A stretch of 64,000 bases of DNA from an uncultured Pseudomonadota bacterium (GCA_963847705.1 CAWKBC010000041.1:1-64000), one strand, 5' to 3'; positions 27,930 through 41,619 are shown, counted from the stretch's first letter. The notes: a model not told the origin generated them from the sequence alone. A program made the numbers and translations.

Positions 27930-28711
27930 GACGATATTTCGCCCACGGCGCGTTGGCCACGGCCACCGGGTTGACCTTGCTGGTGGCGGCGTCGGGCGCA
28001 TCGCGCGCGCAGGACTTCGCTCAGGAGGCGGCCCAGGTCGAGGGAGACACCTACAACCGCTACAAGTCGCCGCAGCGGTTCGCCTTCGAGCTGACGTTCG
28101 GTCCGTACATCCCCGACATCGACAGCGAGTTCAACGGCGCGCGGACGCCCTACAAGGACTACTTCGGCTCCGGCGCGAACCTGCTGACGCGGGTCGAGTT
28201 CGATTACCAGTTTTGGCACCGCTACGGCTCGCTCGCGGCGGGCCTCGGCGTCGGCTACTTCTCGGTCACCGGCACGGCGCCGGTGGCCAACGGAACCGGC
28301 CTGCCGAGCGGCGATCAGTCCCAGCTGAAGATCATTCCCATCAGTCTCTCGGCGGTCTACCGATTCGACTACCTTCTGCAGGAGCGCGGCTTCCCGCTGG
28401 TTCCCTTCGGCAAGCTCGGGCTCGACTGGGCCTACTGGCAGAACACCGACGGCAACGGCAACATCGCCGACGCCGACAGCAGCGGACGCGGGCGCGGCGG
28501 GACGCTGGGGTGGCACGTCGCCGGTGGCATCGCGCTGGTGCTCGACTTCCTCGATCCGGACGCCTCGCACGACTTCGATCAGGACCTCGGCGTGAACCAC
28601 ACCGCGCTCACGTTCGAGTTCTTTCACGCGGACATCTCCGGCCTCGGCGAAGCCGATCGGCTCCACGTCGGCGACACCAACTGGACGCTCGGGCTGCTGC
28701 TCGAGTTTTGA
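27926..28711 (+). CDS. Outer-membrane beta-barrel protein (MXAN_2562-like)
   Basis: SPQRFAFELTFGPYIPDID, AVYRFDY, PFGKLGLD, LDFLDP; terminal LLLEF; coupled to the upstream gene. Confidence 0.75.
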   Translation: MRRYFAHGALATATGLTLLVAASGASRAQDFAQEAAQVEGDTYNRYKSPQRFAFELTFGPYIPDIDSEFNGARTPYKDYFGSGANLLTRVEFDYQFWHRYGSLAAGLGVGYFSVTGTAPVANGTGLPSGDQSQLKIIPISLSAVYRFDYLLQERGFPLVPFGKLGLDWAYWQNTDGNGNIADADSSGRGRGGTLGWHVAGGIALVLDFLDPDASHDFDQDLGVNHTALTFEFFHADISGLGEADRLHVGDTNWTLGLLLEF

Positions 28712-28741
28712 GCCAGGGGTCGCAAGGTCGGCAGGGTCGGA

Positions 28742-29481
28742 TTGGCTAAGCGCTTCCGCGTCGTCGTCGAGTACGACGGCACCGACTTTTCCGGCTGGCA
28801 GCGCCAGGTCGAGGAACGGACGGTCCAGGGGACCCTGGAGGACGCCCTCAAGGCGATGACCGGCGAGAGCGTGTTCGTGCGCGGCGCCGGCCGCACCGAC
28901 GCCGGCGTCCACGCCGACGGCCAGGTGGCGACCTTCGACATCGGGGTCGACATCCCTCCCCACGGTCTTTTGCGCGGGCTCAATTCGGTGCTCCCGCCCG
29001 ACGTGGCGCTGGTCGACGTCGCGGAGGCGGCCCTCCGACTTCGACGCCCGCTTCTCGGCGCGCGGCAAGGTCTACCGCTACACCGTCTGGAGCCACTTCG
29101 TCCGCTCGCCGCTGCGGCGCGCGCCGCGCCTGGCACGTGCGCGAGCCGCTGGACGTCGAGGCGATTCGCACCGCAGCCGCCGCGCTGGTCGGCGACCACG
29201 ACTTCCGCGCCTTCCGCGCCTCCGACTGCGACCGCCGCACCACCCGCCGCGTCGTGCGCGCCATCGACGTCGATCGCCAGGGCGCGGTCCTCACCCTCGA
29301 CGTCGAGGCGACGGCCTTCCTCAAGAACATGGTCCGCATCCTGGTCGGGACCTTGATCGATATCGGCCGCGGCCGCGTCCCCCCCGACGCCGTCGCCCGC
29401 ATGCTGGCGACCGGCGACCGCACCATCGGCGGCATGACCGCCCCCCCGCAGGGCTTGACGTTACTGCGCGTGATTTACTGA
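28742..29481 (+). CDS. truA: tRNA pseudouridine(38-40) synthase, interrupted by two apparent +1 frameshifts (about 29033 and 29120)
   Basis: EYDGTDFSGWQRQ and AGRTDAGVHA in frame 1; DFDARFSARGKVYRY in frame 2; GDHDFRAF, AFLKNMVRILVG, TAPPQGLTL in frame 3. Confidence 0.9.
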
Positions 29482-30206
29482 GCCCGCGGCCTGCTCGGCG
29501 CGGCTGGTTCCCCCAGCATCTGGGCGATGCGGGCGTGGACCAGCTTGAGCATGCGATCGCGGTCGGCGGGACCGAGCCCGGCGGTCGAGATCGGCTCGCC
29601 GATCGTCAATCGGACCTGACCGGCCCGGATCATCGGGGAACCAGGCGGCATCAGCGCGCCGCTCCCCTGGATCGCCATCGGGACGATGGCAGCGCCCGAA
29701 TCGATCGCCAGGTGGAAGCCCCCCTTCTTGAACGACCCCAGCCGCCCGTCACGGGTGCGCGTCCCTTCCGGGAAGATCACCACCGACTGCCCGGCTTTGA
29801 TCCGCCGCGCCGCCTCGTCGATGCTCCGCCGCGCCGCCACCGCGTTCTGGCGGTCGATGAAGATGAAGCGGCCGGCGCCCATGGCCCAGCCGAACAGCGG
29901 GATGAACGAGAGCTGCTTCTTGGCGATGAACCGGAACGACAGCGGCACACCGATGAAGACCGCCCAGATGTCGATCATCGAGGCGTGGTTGGCCATGAAG
30001 ACGTAAGGGCGCTTGGGGTCGAGCTTTTCGGCCAGCGCGACCTTCAGCTTCACCCCCGGCACGCCGAGGACGATGCGCGACCAGACGCGGGCGATGGCCA
30101 TCACCGCCTCGCCGGTCCGGTCGAAAAGCGGGGTCAACACCGCGATCACCGACCCGAGCAGGGTGGCGACCACGAACGAGACGAGGGAGAGCGCCGCGCG
30201 GATCAT
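29475..30206 (-). CDS. plsC: 1-acyl-sn-glycerol-3-phosphate acyltransferase
   Basis: NHASMID (HX4D), FIAKKQL, FIDR, IFPEGTRT, FKKGGF. Confidence 0.9.
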   Translation of the reverse strand: MIRAALSLVSFVVATLLGSVIAVLTPLFDRTGEAVMAIARVWSRIVLGVPGVKLKVALAEKLDPKRPYVFMANHASMIDIWAVFIGVPLSFRFIAKKQLSFIPLFGWAMGAGRFIFIDRQNAVAARRSIDEAARRIKAGQSVVIFPEGTRTRDGRLGSFKKGGFHLAIDSGAAIVPMAIQGSGALMPPGSPMIRAGQVRLTIGEPISTAGLGPADRDRMLKLVHARIAQMLGEPAAPSRPRAQ

Positions 30207-30296
30207 GAACGGACGAGGAGGGTCATCGGGAGGGTCCTGTGAAGGTCAGGGGGAACTCCATGGAGAACCCCCAGGCGTGCTATCTTTTCATCCACC

Positions 30297-31160
30297 GTGG
30301 ACTTCCGGAAGACCTACTACATTCTTCCGAACCTGTTCACACTCTCGAGCGTCTTCTGCGGGTTCATCTCCATCTCGCTGTCGGCCTCCTCGGGAACGAC
30401 CGGGAGTGATCTCTACCAGGCCGCGCTGGCCATCTGCTTCGGCTTCTTTTTCGACACGGCTGACGGCCGTGTGGCCCGGCTGACCAAGACCCAGACCGAC
30501 CTCGGCCGCGACCTCGATTCGCTGGCCGACGCCATCACCTTCGGCGTGGCGCCCGCCATGATGGTCTACAAATTCGGCCTGACCAGCTTCGGACGGCTGG
30601 GGATCTTCTTCGCCGGGCTGTTCGTCTGCGCCGGGGTGATGCGGCTGGCGCGCTTCAACGTGCTGTCGCGGCGCGAGGCGGCGGCCGGGATCCACGCCCC
30701 TGGAAAATACACCCTCGGTCTGACCATCCCCGCCGCGGCCAGTGTGCTCGTGTTGATGGTGGTGGTGGCGCACAACGTCCACCCCTACCGCATCGCCAGC
30801 GACGGCGTGGTGGCGGGGGTCGTGCTCGTGCTGTCGTACCTGATGGTCTCGCGGGTGAAGTTCAGGTCATTCAAGGATCTGCGGCTGACCAGACGGACCG
30901 TCCAGCTGGCGGTCCTCATCGGCGGCTGCTGGGTCCTGGTCGCGATGAACGGGGTCGACAAGGCGCTCATCTTCCTCGTCCTGATCATGGCCTACATCAT
31001 GCTGGGTCTGGCCGAGACGCTGCTGCTCATGCGGCGCTCCTTCATCCAGCAGCGCCGCGAGAAGGCCGCGGCCGCGGACGCAGCGGCAGCGGCCGATGAC
31101 GACACGCCCGGCGACGAAGAGGTCCTGCGCGAGCTCGGCGCCTTCGACGAAACTACTTAG
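30297..31160 (+). CDS. pssA: CDP-diacylglycerol--serine O-phosphatidyltransferase
   Basis: LPNLFT, DTADGRVARL..GRDLDSLADAITFGVAPA, RLARFN, LMVS. Confidence 0.9.
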   Translation: MDFRKTYYILPNLFTLSSVFCGFISISLSASSGTTGSDLYQAALAICFGFFFDTADGRVARLTKTQTDLGRDLDSLADAITFGVAPAMMVYKFGLTSFGRLGIFFAGLFVCAGVMRLARFNVLSRREAAAGIHAPGKYTLGLTIPAAASVLVLMVVVAHNVHPYRIASDGVVAGVVLVLSYLMVSRVKFRSFKDLRLTRRTVQLAVLIGGCWVLVAMNGVDKALIFLVLIMAYIMLGLAETLLLMRRSFIQQRREKAAAADAAAAADDDTPGDEEVLRELGAFDETT

Positions 31161-31581
31161 AAGATTTGAGCTTCGGCTTGCCCTTGGCCGCTGCGGCGGA
31201 TGAGCCGCCGTCGTCGAGCTCGACGAACGCGCCCCACGCCGCGCCGATGAGCGGTCCCATCAGGACCGGAAGCTCGACCAGCGGGCGGTCGGGGACACCC
31301 AGCTTGGCGGCGAAGGCGACGTGCGCGCCGCCGAAGAGCTTGCCGGCGCCCCAGTAGAGGGCGCCGCCGACGACGGCGCCGAAGATCCCCTTGAGCGCGG
31401 TGGTCCAGACGGTGTCCTGGCGCCAGGGGGGCCGGCCGCACAGGATGCCGGCCAGCCCACCGACGACGGCATAGGTGACGGTCGCCAGGAACCCGCCGCC
31501 GATCCCGAGCTTGAAAGCGCCTGCGCCAATCAGCGCACCGACGACGCCGCCCTTGAGAAGGCCGAGAAGAACGCGCCCCAT
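31153..31581 (-). CDS. Hypothetical Gly-rich membrane protein
   Basis: MGRVLLGLLKGGVVGALIG..; several TM segments; fills the gap between pssA and malQ. Confidence 0.65.
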   Translation of the reverse strand: MGRVLLGLLKGGVVGALIGAGAFKLGIGGGFLATVTYAVVGGLAGILCGRPPWRQDTVWTTALKGIFGAVVGGALYWGAGKLFGGAHVAFAAKLGVPDRPLVELPVLMGPLIGAAWGAFVELDDGGSSAAAAKGKPKLKSSK

Positions 31582-31645
31582 GCGGCAACTATAGCAGGCG
31601 AAAACCGCGCCGAGCCCCGTCCGCGACGTTAAGCTTAAGTCATCG

Positions 31646-33231
31646 TTGCGCTTGCCAAGGCTTACCGATCGGACCAGTGGCGTGCTCCTGCACCCGACCA
31701 GCCTTCCCGGCGGGGATCTGGGCGCGACGGCGCGCGAGCTGGTCGATTTCCTGGCTGCAGCCGGACAGAGCTGGTGGCAGATGCTGCCGGTCGGACCGAC
31801 CGGGTACGGCAATTCGCCCTACAGCGCCCAGTCGGCGTTCGCGGGCAATCCGGCGCTGGTCGATGCAGAGCGTCTGCTCGAGGACGGCCTCCTGGCCGCC
31901 GGCGACCGGCGCCGCACCCACGAAGAGCAGTTGAGCCGGGCCTTCCTGGCCTTTTCCGAGGGTGGTGGGGTGAATCACCCCGATTTTCGCCGTTTCACCG
32001 GGCAGGCGGAGGGATGGCTGGACGATTTTGCCGTCTATCGCGCGCTCAAGGGCGTCCAGGGCGAGGTTCAGTGGACACGCTGGCCCTCGCCCCTGCGTGA
32101 GCGCGACCCAGAGGCGCTGGCGCACTTCTGCCGCGGCCACCAGAGAGAGCTCGATTTCACCCGGTTCGTGCAGTGGCGCTTCTTTGGCGACTGGCAGGTC
32201 CTGCGCGATTACGCCCACGTGCGCGGGCTCGGCCTCATCGGCGACCTGCCGATCTTCCTGGCGCACGACAGCGCGGACGTCTGGTTGAACCGCCACCAGT
32301 TCTATCTCGACGGGGCCGGGGAGCCGACGCTGGTGGCCGGCGTGCCGCCCGACTACTTCAGCGCCACCGGCCAGCGCTGGGGGAACCCGCTCTACCGCTG
32401 GGCGGAGATGCGCGCCACCGGGTTCGCCTGGTGGATCGCCCGCTTCCGCGCGACGCTGGCGCTGTTCGACGCCGTCCGCCTCGATCACTTCATCGGCTAC
32501 ACCCGCTACTGGGCGATTCCGGCGCGCGAGCCGACGGCGGTGAAGGGCCGCTGGCGGCCCGGGCCGGGGGCGCGGTTCTTTCGGGCGGTCGCCGCGGCGC
32601 TGGGCGAGCTGCCGCTCATCGCCGAGGATCTCGGGGCGGTCACGCCGGCGGTCGAATCGTTGCGCGCGCGGTTCGGGTTCCCGGGGATCAAGCTCCTGCA
32701 GTTCGCCTTCGGGACCGATCCGCAGGCGCCCAGCTTCCTGCCCCACAACTACCCGCGCGCGGCGGTCGCCTACACCGGCACGCACGACAACGACACCACC
32801 GTCGGATGGTTCCAGGCGCTCGGCAGCGGCAGGCACGCCCCCGGACAGTCGCCGCCCGAGCGGCAGGCGGTGCTCCGCTACCTGGGCGCGCCCGACGGTG
32901 ACGGCGCAGGTGAGGCCGGAGAGAAGATCCATTGGCGCATGATTCGGGCCATCATGGGATCGGTGGCCGACATGGCGATTGTTCCAGTGCAGGACCTGCT
33001 CGGGCTCGGATCGGAGGCGCGCATGAATCACCCCGGCACCGCCACCGGCAACTGGTCATTCCGCCTCGAGCCCGGCGCGTTGACGCCCGCCATCGCCGAC
33101 CGGCTGCGCGACCTCACCGAGACCTACGGACGTGCGAGGCAGGATGCGAGCGCAGGCGAGCTCACTTCGCCGGACCGAGCGGGGGAGCGGGGGGACCAAG
33201 GGCGCGCAGCGCCCGACGCCCCCCGGACTCA

Positions 33232-33235
<4 letters not shown>
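31646..33235 (+). CDS. malQ: 4-alpha-glucanotransferase (GH77)
   Basis: [65 protein letters not shown]. Confidence 0.95.
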
Positions 33236-36545
<3,310 letters not shown>

Positions 36546-36578
36546 CTAGACTAGAGGCGCCTCAGGAGTTTCCGAAGG

Positions 36579-36693
36579 CGACCTGGATGCCGGAGGGCGC
36601 GACGCGCCCGGGTCCAAGCACCGGGAGGCTCGGCTTTGCCGAGCCGGCATCGACGGCCCGCGGGGGAGCTCGTGAGGGGGGACACCCCCTCAC
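36579..36693. repeat. Dispersed palindromic (REP-like) element, intergenic copy
   Basis: GTCCAAGCACCGG, GGCTCGGCTTTGCCGAGCC hairpin, GCCCGCGGGGGAG, GTGAGGGGGGACACCCCCTCAC hairpin. Confidence 0.7.
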
Positions 36694-36783
36694 GGCGCCG
36701 AAGGCGCGCGGAGGGGGGACACCCCCTCACGGCGCCGAAGGCGCGCGGAGGGGGGACACCCCCTCACGGCGCCGAAGGCGCGC
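36674..36783. repeat. 37-bp tandem repeat x3 containing a hairpin, between convergent genes
   Basis: GAGGGGGGACACCCCCTCACGGCGCCGAAGGCGCGCG at 36674, 36711 and 36748 (last copy 1 nt short); no spacers. Confidence 0.92.
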
Positions 36784-38259
36784 TTAAAACCCGTAGGCGA
36801 TGCCGACGTTGATGTCGAGGTTGAAGGTGAAGTCCCAGAAGCCGAGCGCCGCGTTCGCCTGACCGACCAGCGAAAGGTTGTCGGTGAGATCGTAGAAGAC
36901 GCCGCCGCCCGGACCGACCAGGATGGGCCCCCCCTGGATGGTGTCGACGCAGGACTGGTTCATCATCGGCCCGCAGCCGGTGGGGGCGCGGGAGGGGTGC
37001 AGCGTCACCACGTGTCGGATGTAGCCGCCGCCGCCCATCAGCGAAAAGAATGGGTGAAAGCTCCCCTCGTCGCCCCCCAGCTTCCAGGTCGCCTTGGCAA
37101 ACGCCGCGAAGGCGTAGTGCGCCGTCCTGTAGTCCACCCCGTTGAAGTACGGATCGACGGTGCCGGTGATGATCTGGTAGCGCAGCTGGAGTGACAGCAT
37201 CAGCGACGAGGTCAGCCAGTAGCCGACCTCGGGCGCGATCTGCAGCAGCGACGCGGGGGCGACGCCCGGCGGCGAGATGCTCACGTCGTGGTTGGTGTCG
37301 CCCGCCCCGGTGGCCCATCCGAACCCGCTCCCCAACATGAAGGCCACGAAGTACTTGTGGTCAGGCTCGTCGTCCTCTTCCTCTTCGCCTTCCCCTTCGG
37401 GCTTGTGCACGGCGGCCTTGGCCCCGCCGAGGTTGATGACCAGCGGGCTGTCGACCGTCCCCTTGGTCGCCACCGCGTTGCCGTCCGCGTCATCGGCCTC
37501 TACGTAGTAGGCCACCGTTGCGCCCAGCGTGGCCGTGGTGGGGATCTCGGCGCCATAACGCCCCTCGGCAACCGCTTTCATCTCGCGCCCCAGGAACTCG
37601 GTGGCGCCCTCCGGGCGGTAGGCGAGGACCATCTTGTCGAACTTCAGGTCGGCCTGGACGGCGACGGTGACCGAGATGGCGCTCCCCTTCTTTCCGTCGG
37701 TGATCGGCTGGTGGACGATCCCGGACGGCTCTTCGCTTTGCTCGGGAGGCGGGGTGGCGGCCGGCGGCGCCGCTGGCTCGGGCGCCGCCTCCGGGGGCTC
37801 GGGGCTCGCGGGCGGCGGCGCGCTGGGGGACGCCGGGGGGGCGGCGGTCGCGCCGCTCTTGGCCTCGTTGAAGGCGTCGGTCAGCTCAGGCGTGACCAGC
37901 GCCTTCGTGAGGTTGATCGTCGCCTGGATCTCCAGCGCCTTTCTGAACTGTTTGATGCCGAGATCGCGCTGCTTGAACCCGGTGATGATCACGATCCCCA
38001 TGTGGATGTGGGTGCGCGCCGTGATGGGGTGCTGCTGGAGCCCCGTCGAGTCCGCCAGGTCGAGCGCCTGCTTGAGGATCTTGCGGGCATCGTCGAACTT
38101 CTGAGCCTGCAGCGCCGCCACGGCGTCCTTGTTCATCTGGGTGATCTTCGCGATCGTCTCGTCCTGCGACTCGGCGCGGGCCAGTGACGACAGCGACAGA
38201 ACGACGAGCAGCGCGCAGAGCCCGCGCAACAGTGAAGACGCGGGCGGCCACGTGGTCAT
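36784..38259 (-). CDS. Secreted protein: TPR-like N-terminus, Pro-rich linker, Ig-like domain, C-terminal OM beta-barrel
   Basis: Signal peptide; ARKILKQAL..FRKALEI helices; MVLAYRP..YYVEA; amphipathic strands ending IAYGF. Confidence 0.65.
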   Translation of the reverse strand: MTTWPPASSLLRGLCALLVVLSLSSLARAESQDETIAKITQMNKDAVAALQAQKFDDARKILKQALDLADSTGLQQHPITARTHIHMGIVIITGFKQRDLGIKQFRKALEIQATINLTKALVTPELTDAFNEAKSGATAAPPASPSAPPPASPEPPEAAPEPAAPPAATPPPEQSEEPSGIVHQPITDGKKGSAISVTVAVQADLKFDKMVLAYRPEGATEFLGREMKAVAEGRYGAEIPTTATLGATVAYYVEADDADGNAVATKGTVDSPLVINLGGAKAAVHKPEGEGEEEEDDEPDHKYFVAFMLGSGFGWATGAGDTNHDVSISPPGVAPASLLQIAPEVGYWLTSSLMLSLQLRYQIITGTVDPYFNGVDYRTAHYAFAAFAKATWKLGGDEGSFHPFFSLMGGGGYIRHVVTLHPSRAPTGCGPMMNQSCVDTIQGGPILVGPGGGVFYDLTDNLSLVGQANAALGFWDFTFNLDINVGIAYGF

Positions 38260-38555
38260 GCGGTGCTTGCCTCTGGGGGAAAAAGGAAGGCTCAAGCTGA
38301 GCTCCCTTTGTAACACGAAATTCCACAATCCTTCTAGCGCTTGACCGGTCGGAAACCGGGTCCGCGCCGGCCGGAGGCGGCACCGGCCGGTCGGCCTAAC
38401 CTCCGGCCAAGGCTCAGGGAAATACCGCAACGAGGGGTCGCGGCATGGGGGGGACCTCCTATTTATCCCCCCAACCTCTTGCGCCCATCCGGGGGGTGCT
38501 TAATTGCCATATTTGCTGCCCGAATGCTGTTTCCTGGAAACCGGAGGTGACCACC

Positions 38556-38795
38556 ATGCTGCTCGATCCCAATGACCTGCTCACGCCGAGCGACGCAGCC
38601 CGCGTCCTCGGCCTTTCTGCGGACTCCGTCCGCGTTCTGTCCGACAACGGCCGGCTGCCGGGGATGAGGACCGTCGGAGGACGGCGCCTCTTCCGACGCG
38701 CCGACGTTGACCGGCTGGCCATAGAGCGTGCGGGCCATGTGGCGCACGCGCTCAGCGCGCGGCAGCAGCCCATGGCGCCCCGCGCGGAGGAATGA
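38556..38795 (+). CDS. Small MerR/excisionase-like (HTH_17, BldC-like) DNA-binding protein
   Basis: LLTPSDAARVLGLSADSVRVLSDNGRLPGMRTVGGRRLFRRADV; GGAGG RBS. Confidence 0.85.
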   Translation: MLLDPNDLLTPSDAARVLGLSADSVRVLSDNGRLPGMRTVGGRRLFRRADVDRLAIERAGHVAHALSARQQPMAPRAEE

Positions 38796-40063
38796 CCAAC
38801 CAGCTGGAGGGTCGGTCGATGCGACCGAGCCGCGACCGCGACCGCCGTTTGCTCGATACCATGCCCCAGTGCATCTGGGCGGCGGACGCGGAGGGGCGGG
38901 TCAACTACTGGAACCGCGCCGGGCTGGAGTATTGCGGCCTGGACGCGGCCAGTCTGACCGACAGCTCGTTCTGGGAGATGCTCCACGTGGACGATCGCGA
39001 CGAGGCGCGCGTCCACTGGGAGCGTGGCCTGCGGGGCGAGCCGCCTTTCCAACGCCAGGTGAGGCTGAGACGCGCCAGCGATGGCCTCTTTCGCTGGCAT
39101 CTGGTCCGCGCCGTCGCCGAGCGCGACGAGGCGGGCACGGTGGTGGGCTGGATCGCCACCGCCACCGACATCGACGACCAAAAGAAGGCCGAGGACCTCC
39201 TGCGGGAGGCGGTGATCCTGCGCGACGACTTCCTGTCGGTCGCCTCGCACGAGCTGCGCACGCCGCTGACCGCGCTCAAGCTGGAGGTTTCGAACCTGCT
39301 TCGATTGGCGCGCCTCGACGCCGGGTCGGAGCGGGCGCGCCTGATTGCCAAGGTCGAGAAGATCGACGCGCAGACGGCGCGCCTGCGTGGCCTCATCGAC
39401 GACCTGCTCGACGTCTCCAGTCTGGCGGCCGGACAGCTCGAGCTGCAGCTCGGTCAGGTCGATCTGGCCGAGGTCGCAGGCGAGGTCGGCGCGCGGTTCA
39501 TCGACGAAGCGGCGCGTCTCGGCAGCCGGCTGACCATCGACGCCCGGGACCAGGCGATCGGATGTTGGGATCGCGAGCGGCTCGAGCAGATCGTGTCGAA
39601 CCTGATCTCGAACGCGGTCAAGTACGGGGACGGCAAGCCGATCGATGTCGCCGTCCGGGCGGAGGGGAGGCAGGCGCGGCTGATCGTCCGCGATCAGGGG
39701 CTCGGCATCGCCCCCCGCGATCAGGAGCGGATCTTCGGCCGATTCGAGCGCGCGTCCAACAGCGTGAACTTCGGGGGGATTGGCCTGGGGTTGTGGATCG
39801 TCAAGCAGATCGTCAACGTGTTCGGCGGCGCCGTCGGCGTGGAGAGCAGCCCCGGGGCCGGCTCGATCTTCACCGTCGAGCTCCCCTATGCCGCCCTCGC
39901 TCAACGAATCGCGTGGAGGGCCAAGCCCCAGGAGCCAGCCATCACCGCCAAGGCGGCGGCTCCCAGCAGCAGCTGCACGGTCGTGCGCGGCGCCCGGATG
40001 TTGCCGAGCGCCGCGACCGAGCCGATGGCCGCGCCCAGCCCCAGCCCGAAGAGATGGGCGTAG
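38792..40063 (+). CDS. PAS-domain sensor histidine kinase
   Basis: PAS (LDTMPQCIW..HVDDR), ASHELRTPL, NLISNAVKY, DQGLGI, GIGLGL, GSIFTVELP; tail overlaps the rhomboid gene. Confidence 0.9.
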   Translation: MTNQLEGRSMRPSRDRDRRLLDTMPQCIWAADAEGRVNYWNRAGLEYCGLDAASLTDSSFWEMLHVDDRDEARVHWERGLRGEPPFQRQVRLRRASDGLFRWHLVRAVAERDEAGTVVGWIATATDIDDQKKAEDLLREAVILRDDFLSVASHELRTPLTALKLEVSNLLRLARLDAGSERARLIAKVEKIDAQTARLRGLIDDLLDVSSLAAGQLELQLGQVDLAEVAGEVGARFIDEAARLGSRLTIDARDQAIGCWDRERLEQIVSNLISNAVKYGDGKPIDVAVRAEGRQARLIVRDQGLGIAPRDQERIFGRFERASNSVNFGGIGLGLWIVKQIVNVFGGAVGVESSPGAGSIFTVELPYAALAQRIAWRAKPQEPAITAKAAAPSSSCTVVRGARMLPSAATEPMAAPSPSPKRWA

Positions 40064-40786
40064 GTGTCGGCGCCCGGGCCGACGCCCAGCATGGCGTAGA
40101 GCCCCAGGCCCGCGCCGAGGGGCACCCAGGCGTACTTCCGCCGCGCCCCGCCGCGCAGCCGCCGGACCACCTGCAGCCCCGCGCAGAGGCCCAGCGCCGC
40201 GAAGGTCGCCGTGGAGGCCCCGACCGAGACGAACGCGGTCTGGTGCACCGCCGCGGTGAGGAGGTTCGCCGTCCCGGCAACGGTGAGAATCACCAGCGCC
40301 CCCAGGCCACCGCCCAGCCAGCGTCCAACCGCCGCCACGAAGATCAGCGCGGCGACGACGTTCCCCGCCAGGTGGAGCAGATCGGCGTGCAGCGTGAGCG
40401 CGGTCAGCGCCCGCCACCACTGGCCGGAGGCGATCCGCTCGGCGGAGGCGGCCCCCGCCTGGAACCAGCGCGAGCCAGCCCCCGGCTCTGCCCAGGGCCC
40501 CGCGACCCAGAACATCGCGCAGAGCCCGAGCGCGGAGAGAATCCCCAGCGCGCTCGGCCCGGTGTCGGGCGCCGGGGGATTCCGGCTTGACCGGACCTTC
40601 GGCGTCGAACCCGCCGAGGGCCGTCTCGGCGGCGAGCGCGTCGGCGGGGTCGACCGCCAGCACGAACCGCCCCTCGCGCTCGTCGAGCTGGTAGGCGATC
40701 CCGGCGGCCGCCAGCACCAGCGCCCAGTCACCCGCCTGGGTCGGGTTGGCGGTCGCCCGCACCAGGGCTTCGGGAGCGTCACTCAT
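39901..40786 (-). CDS. Rhomboid intramembrane serine protease, apparent frameshift in G-run near 40575
   Basis: WWRALTALTLHADLLHLAGN, VGASTA, AHLFG; N-terminus MSDAPEA..ALVLAAAGIAY is in the adjacent frame. Confidence 0.85.
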
Positions 40787-40790
40787 CGTC

Positions 40791-40850
40791 CCGAGCCTGC
40801 CGAGCCTGCCGAGCACGCCGAGCACGCCGAGCCCGCCGAGCCTGAGCCTG
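40791..40850. repeat. 9-bp tandem repeat (CCGAGCMYG) x6 in divergent intergenic region
   Basis: ccgagcctg ccgagcctg ccgagcacg ccgagcacg ccgagcccg ccgagcctg plus partial unit. Confidence 0.85.
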
Positions 40851-40926
40851 TACGCCGTCTTGACGGTCGAACCACCGGTGATAGCTTGATCGATCTTCGT
40901 CGCGGGTGCGACGCCGAGGTGCTCCG

Positions 40927-41619
40927 ATGATCGGGAACGTCGATCATTTCGTCGGCCAGCAGATTCTGCTCTGGCAGGAAGAGCGGAAGATCGCGGAACG
41001 CAAGGGGATCCAGGGCAAGACCGTCCAGCAGCCGATGATCTGCCTGTCGCGGGAGTATGGCGCGCGCGGGGCCGAGATCGGGCGGCTGGTGGCGGAGGAG
41101 CTGGGGTTCCGGTTCTACGCCCAGGAGCTGATCCACGACGTGGCCCAGGAGGCCCAGGTGCGGGACCAGCTGATCGAGTCGCTCGACGAGCGGGTGCAGG
41201 ACAGCATCTCGACCTGGGTGTCGGGCCTCATCAAGCGCGGGGTCTTCGCCCCCAGCGACTATCTGCGAAACCTCTCCAGGGTGGTGCTGACGCTGGGCCG
41301 CCACGGCAAGGGGGTGATCGTCGGGCGGGGCGCGCACTTCCTGCTCGACCCGCAAGCCACGCTGCGCGTGCGGGTCATCGCGCCGCTGCCGACCCGGGTG
41401 GCACGCATCGCCGCGCGCGACGGGGTCGGCGCGGACGAGGCGCACGCCAAGATCCTGCGCATCGACGGCGAGCGGATCGCTTTCAACAAGCAGCACTACG
41501 GCGCCGACATCGCAGACCCGTCCCACTACGACCTGGTCGTCAACGCCGGGACACTGGGGATCGAAGGGGCCGCCGATCTCACCGTTCGGGCCTTCCGCAC
41601 CAGGTTCAGTCAAGGCTAG
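40927..41619 (+). CDS. Cytidylate kinase-like family protein
   Basis: ICLSREYGARGAEIG, VIVGRGAHFLL, VRVIAPL..R, DPSHYDLVVN. Confidence 0.88.
   Translation: MIGNVDHFVGQQILLWQEERKIAERKGIQGKTVQQPMICLSREYGARGAEIGRLVAEELGFRFYAQELIHDVAQEAQVRDQLIESLDERVQDSISTWVSGLIKRGVFAPSDYLRNLSRVVLTLGRHGKGVIVGRGAHFLLDPQATLRVRVIAPLPTRVARIAARDGVGADEAHAKILRIDGERIAFNKQHYGADIADPSHYDLVVNAGTLGIEGAADLTVRAFRTRFSQG

Noticed and set aside
36674-36783. CRISPR array
   Set aside because: The 37-bp units are contiguous with no spacers, and there are no cas genes in the window.
38556-38795. Prophage or ICE excisionase
   Set aside because: No integrase, tRNA or phage genes nearby.
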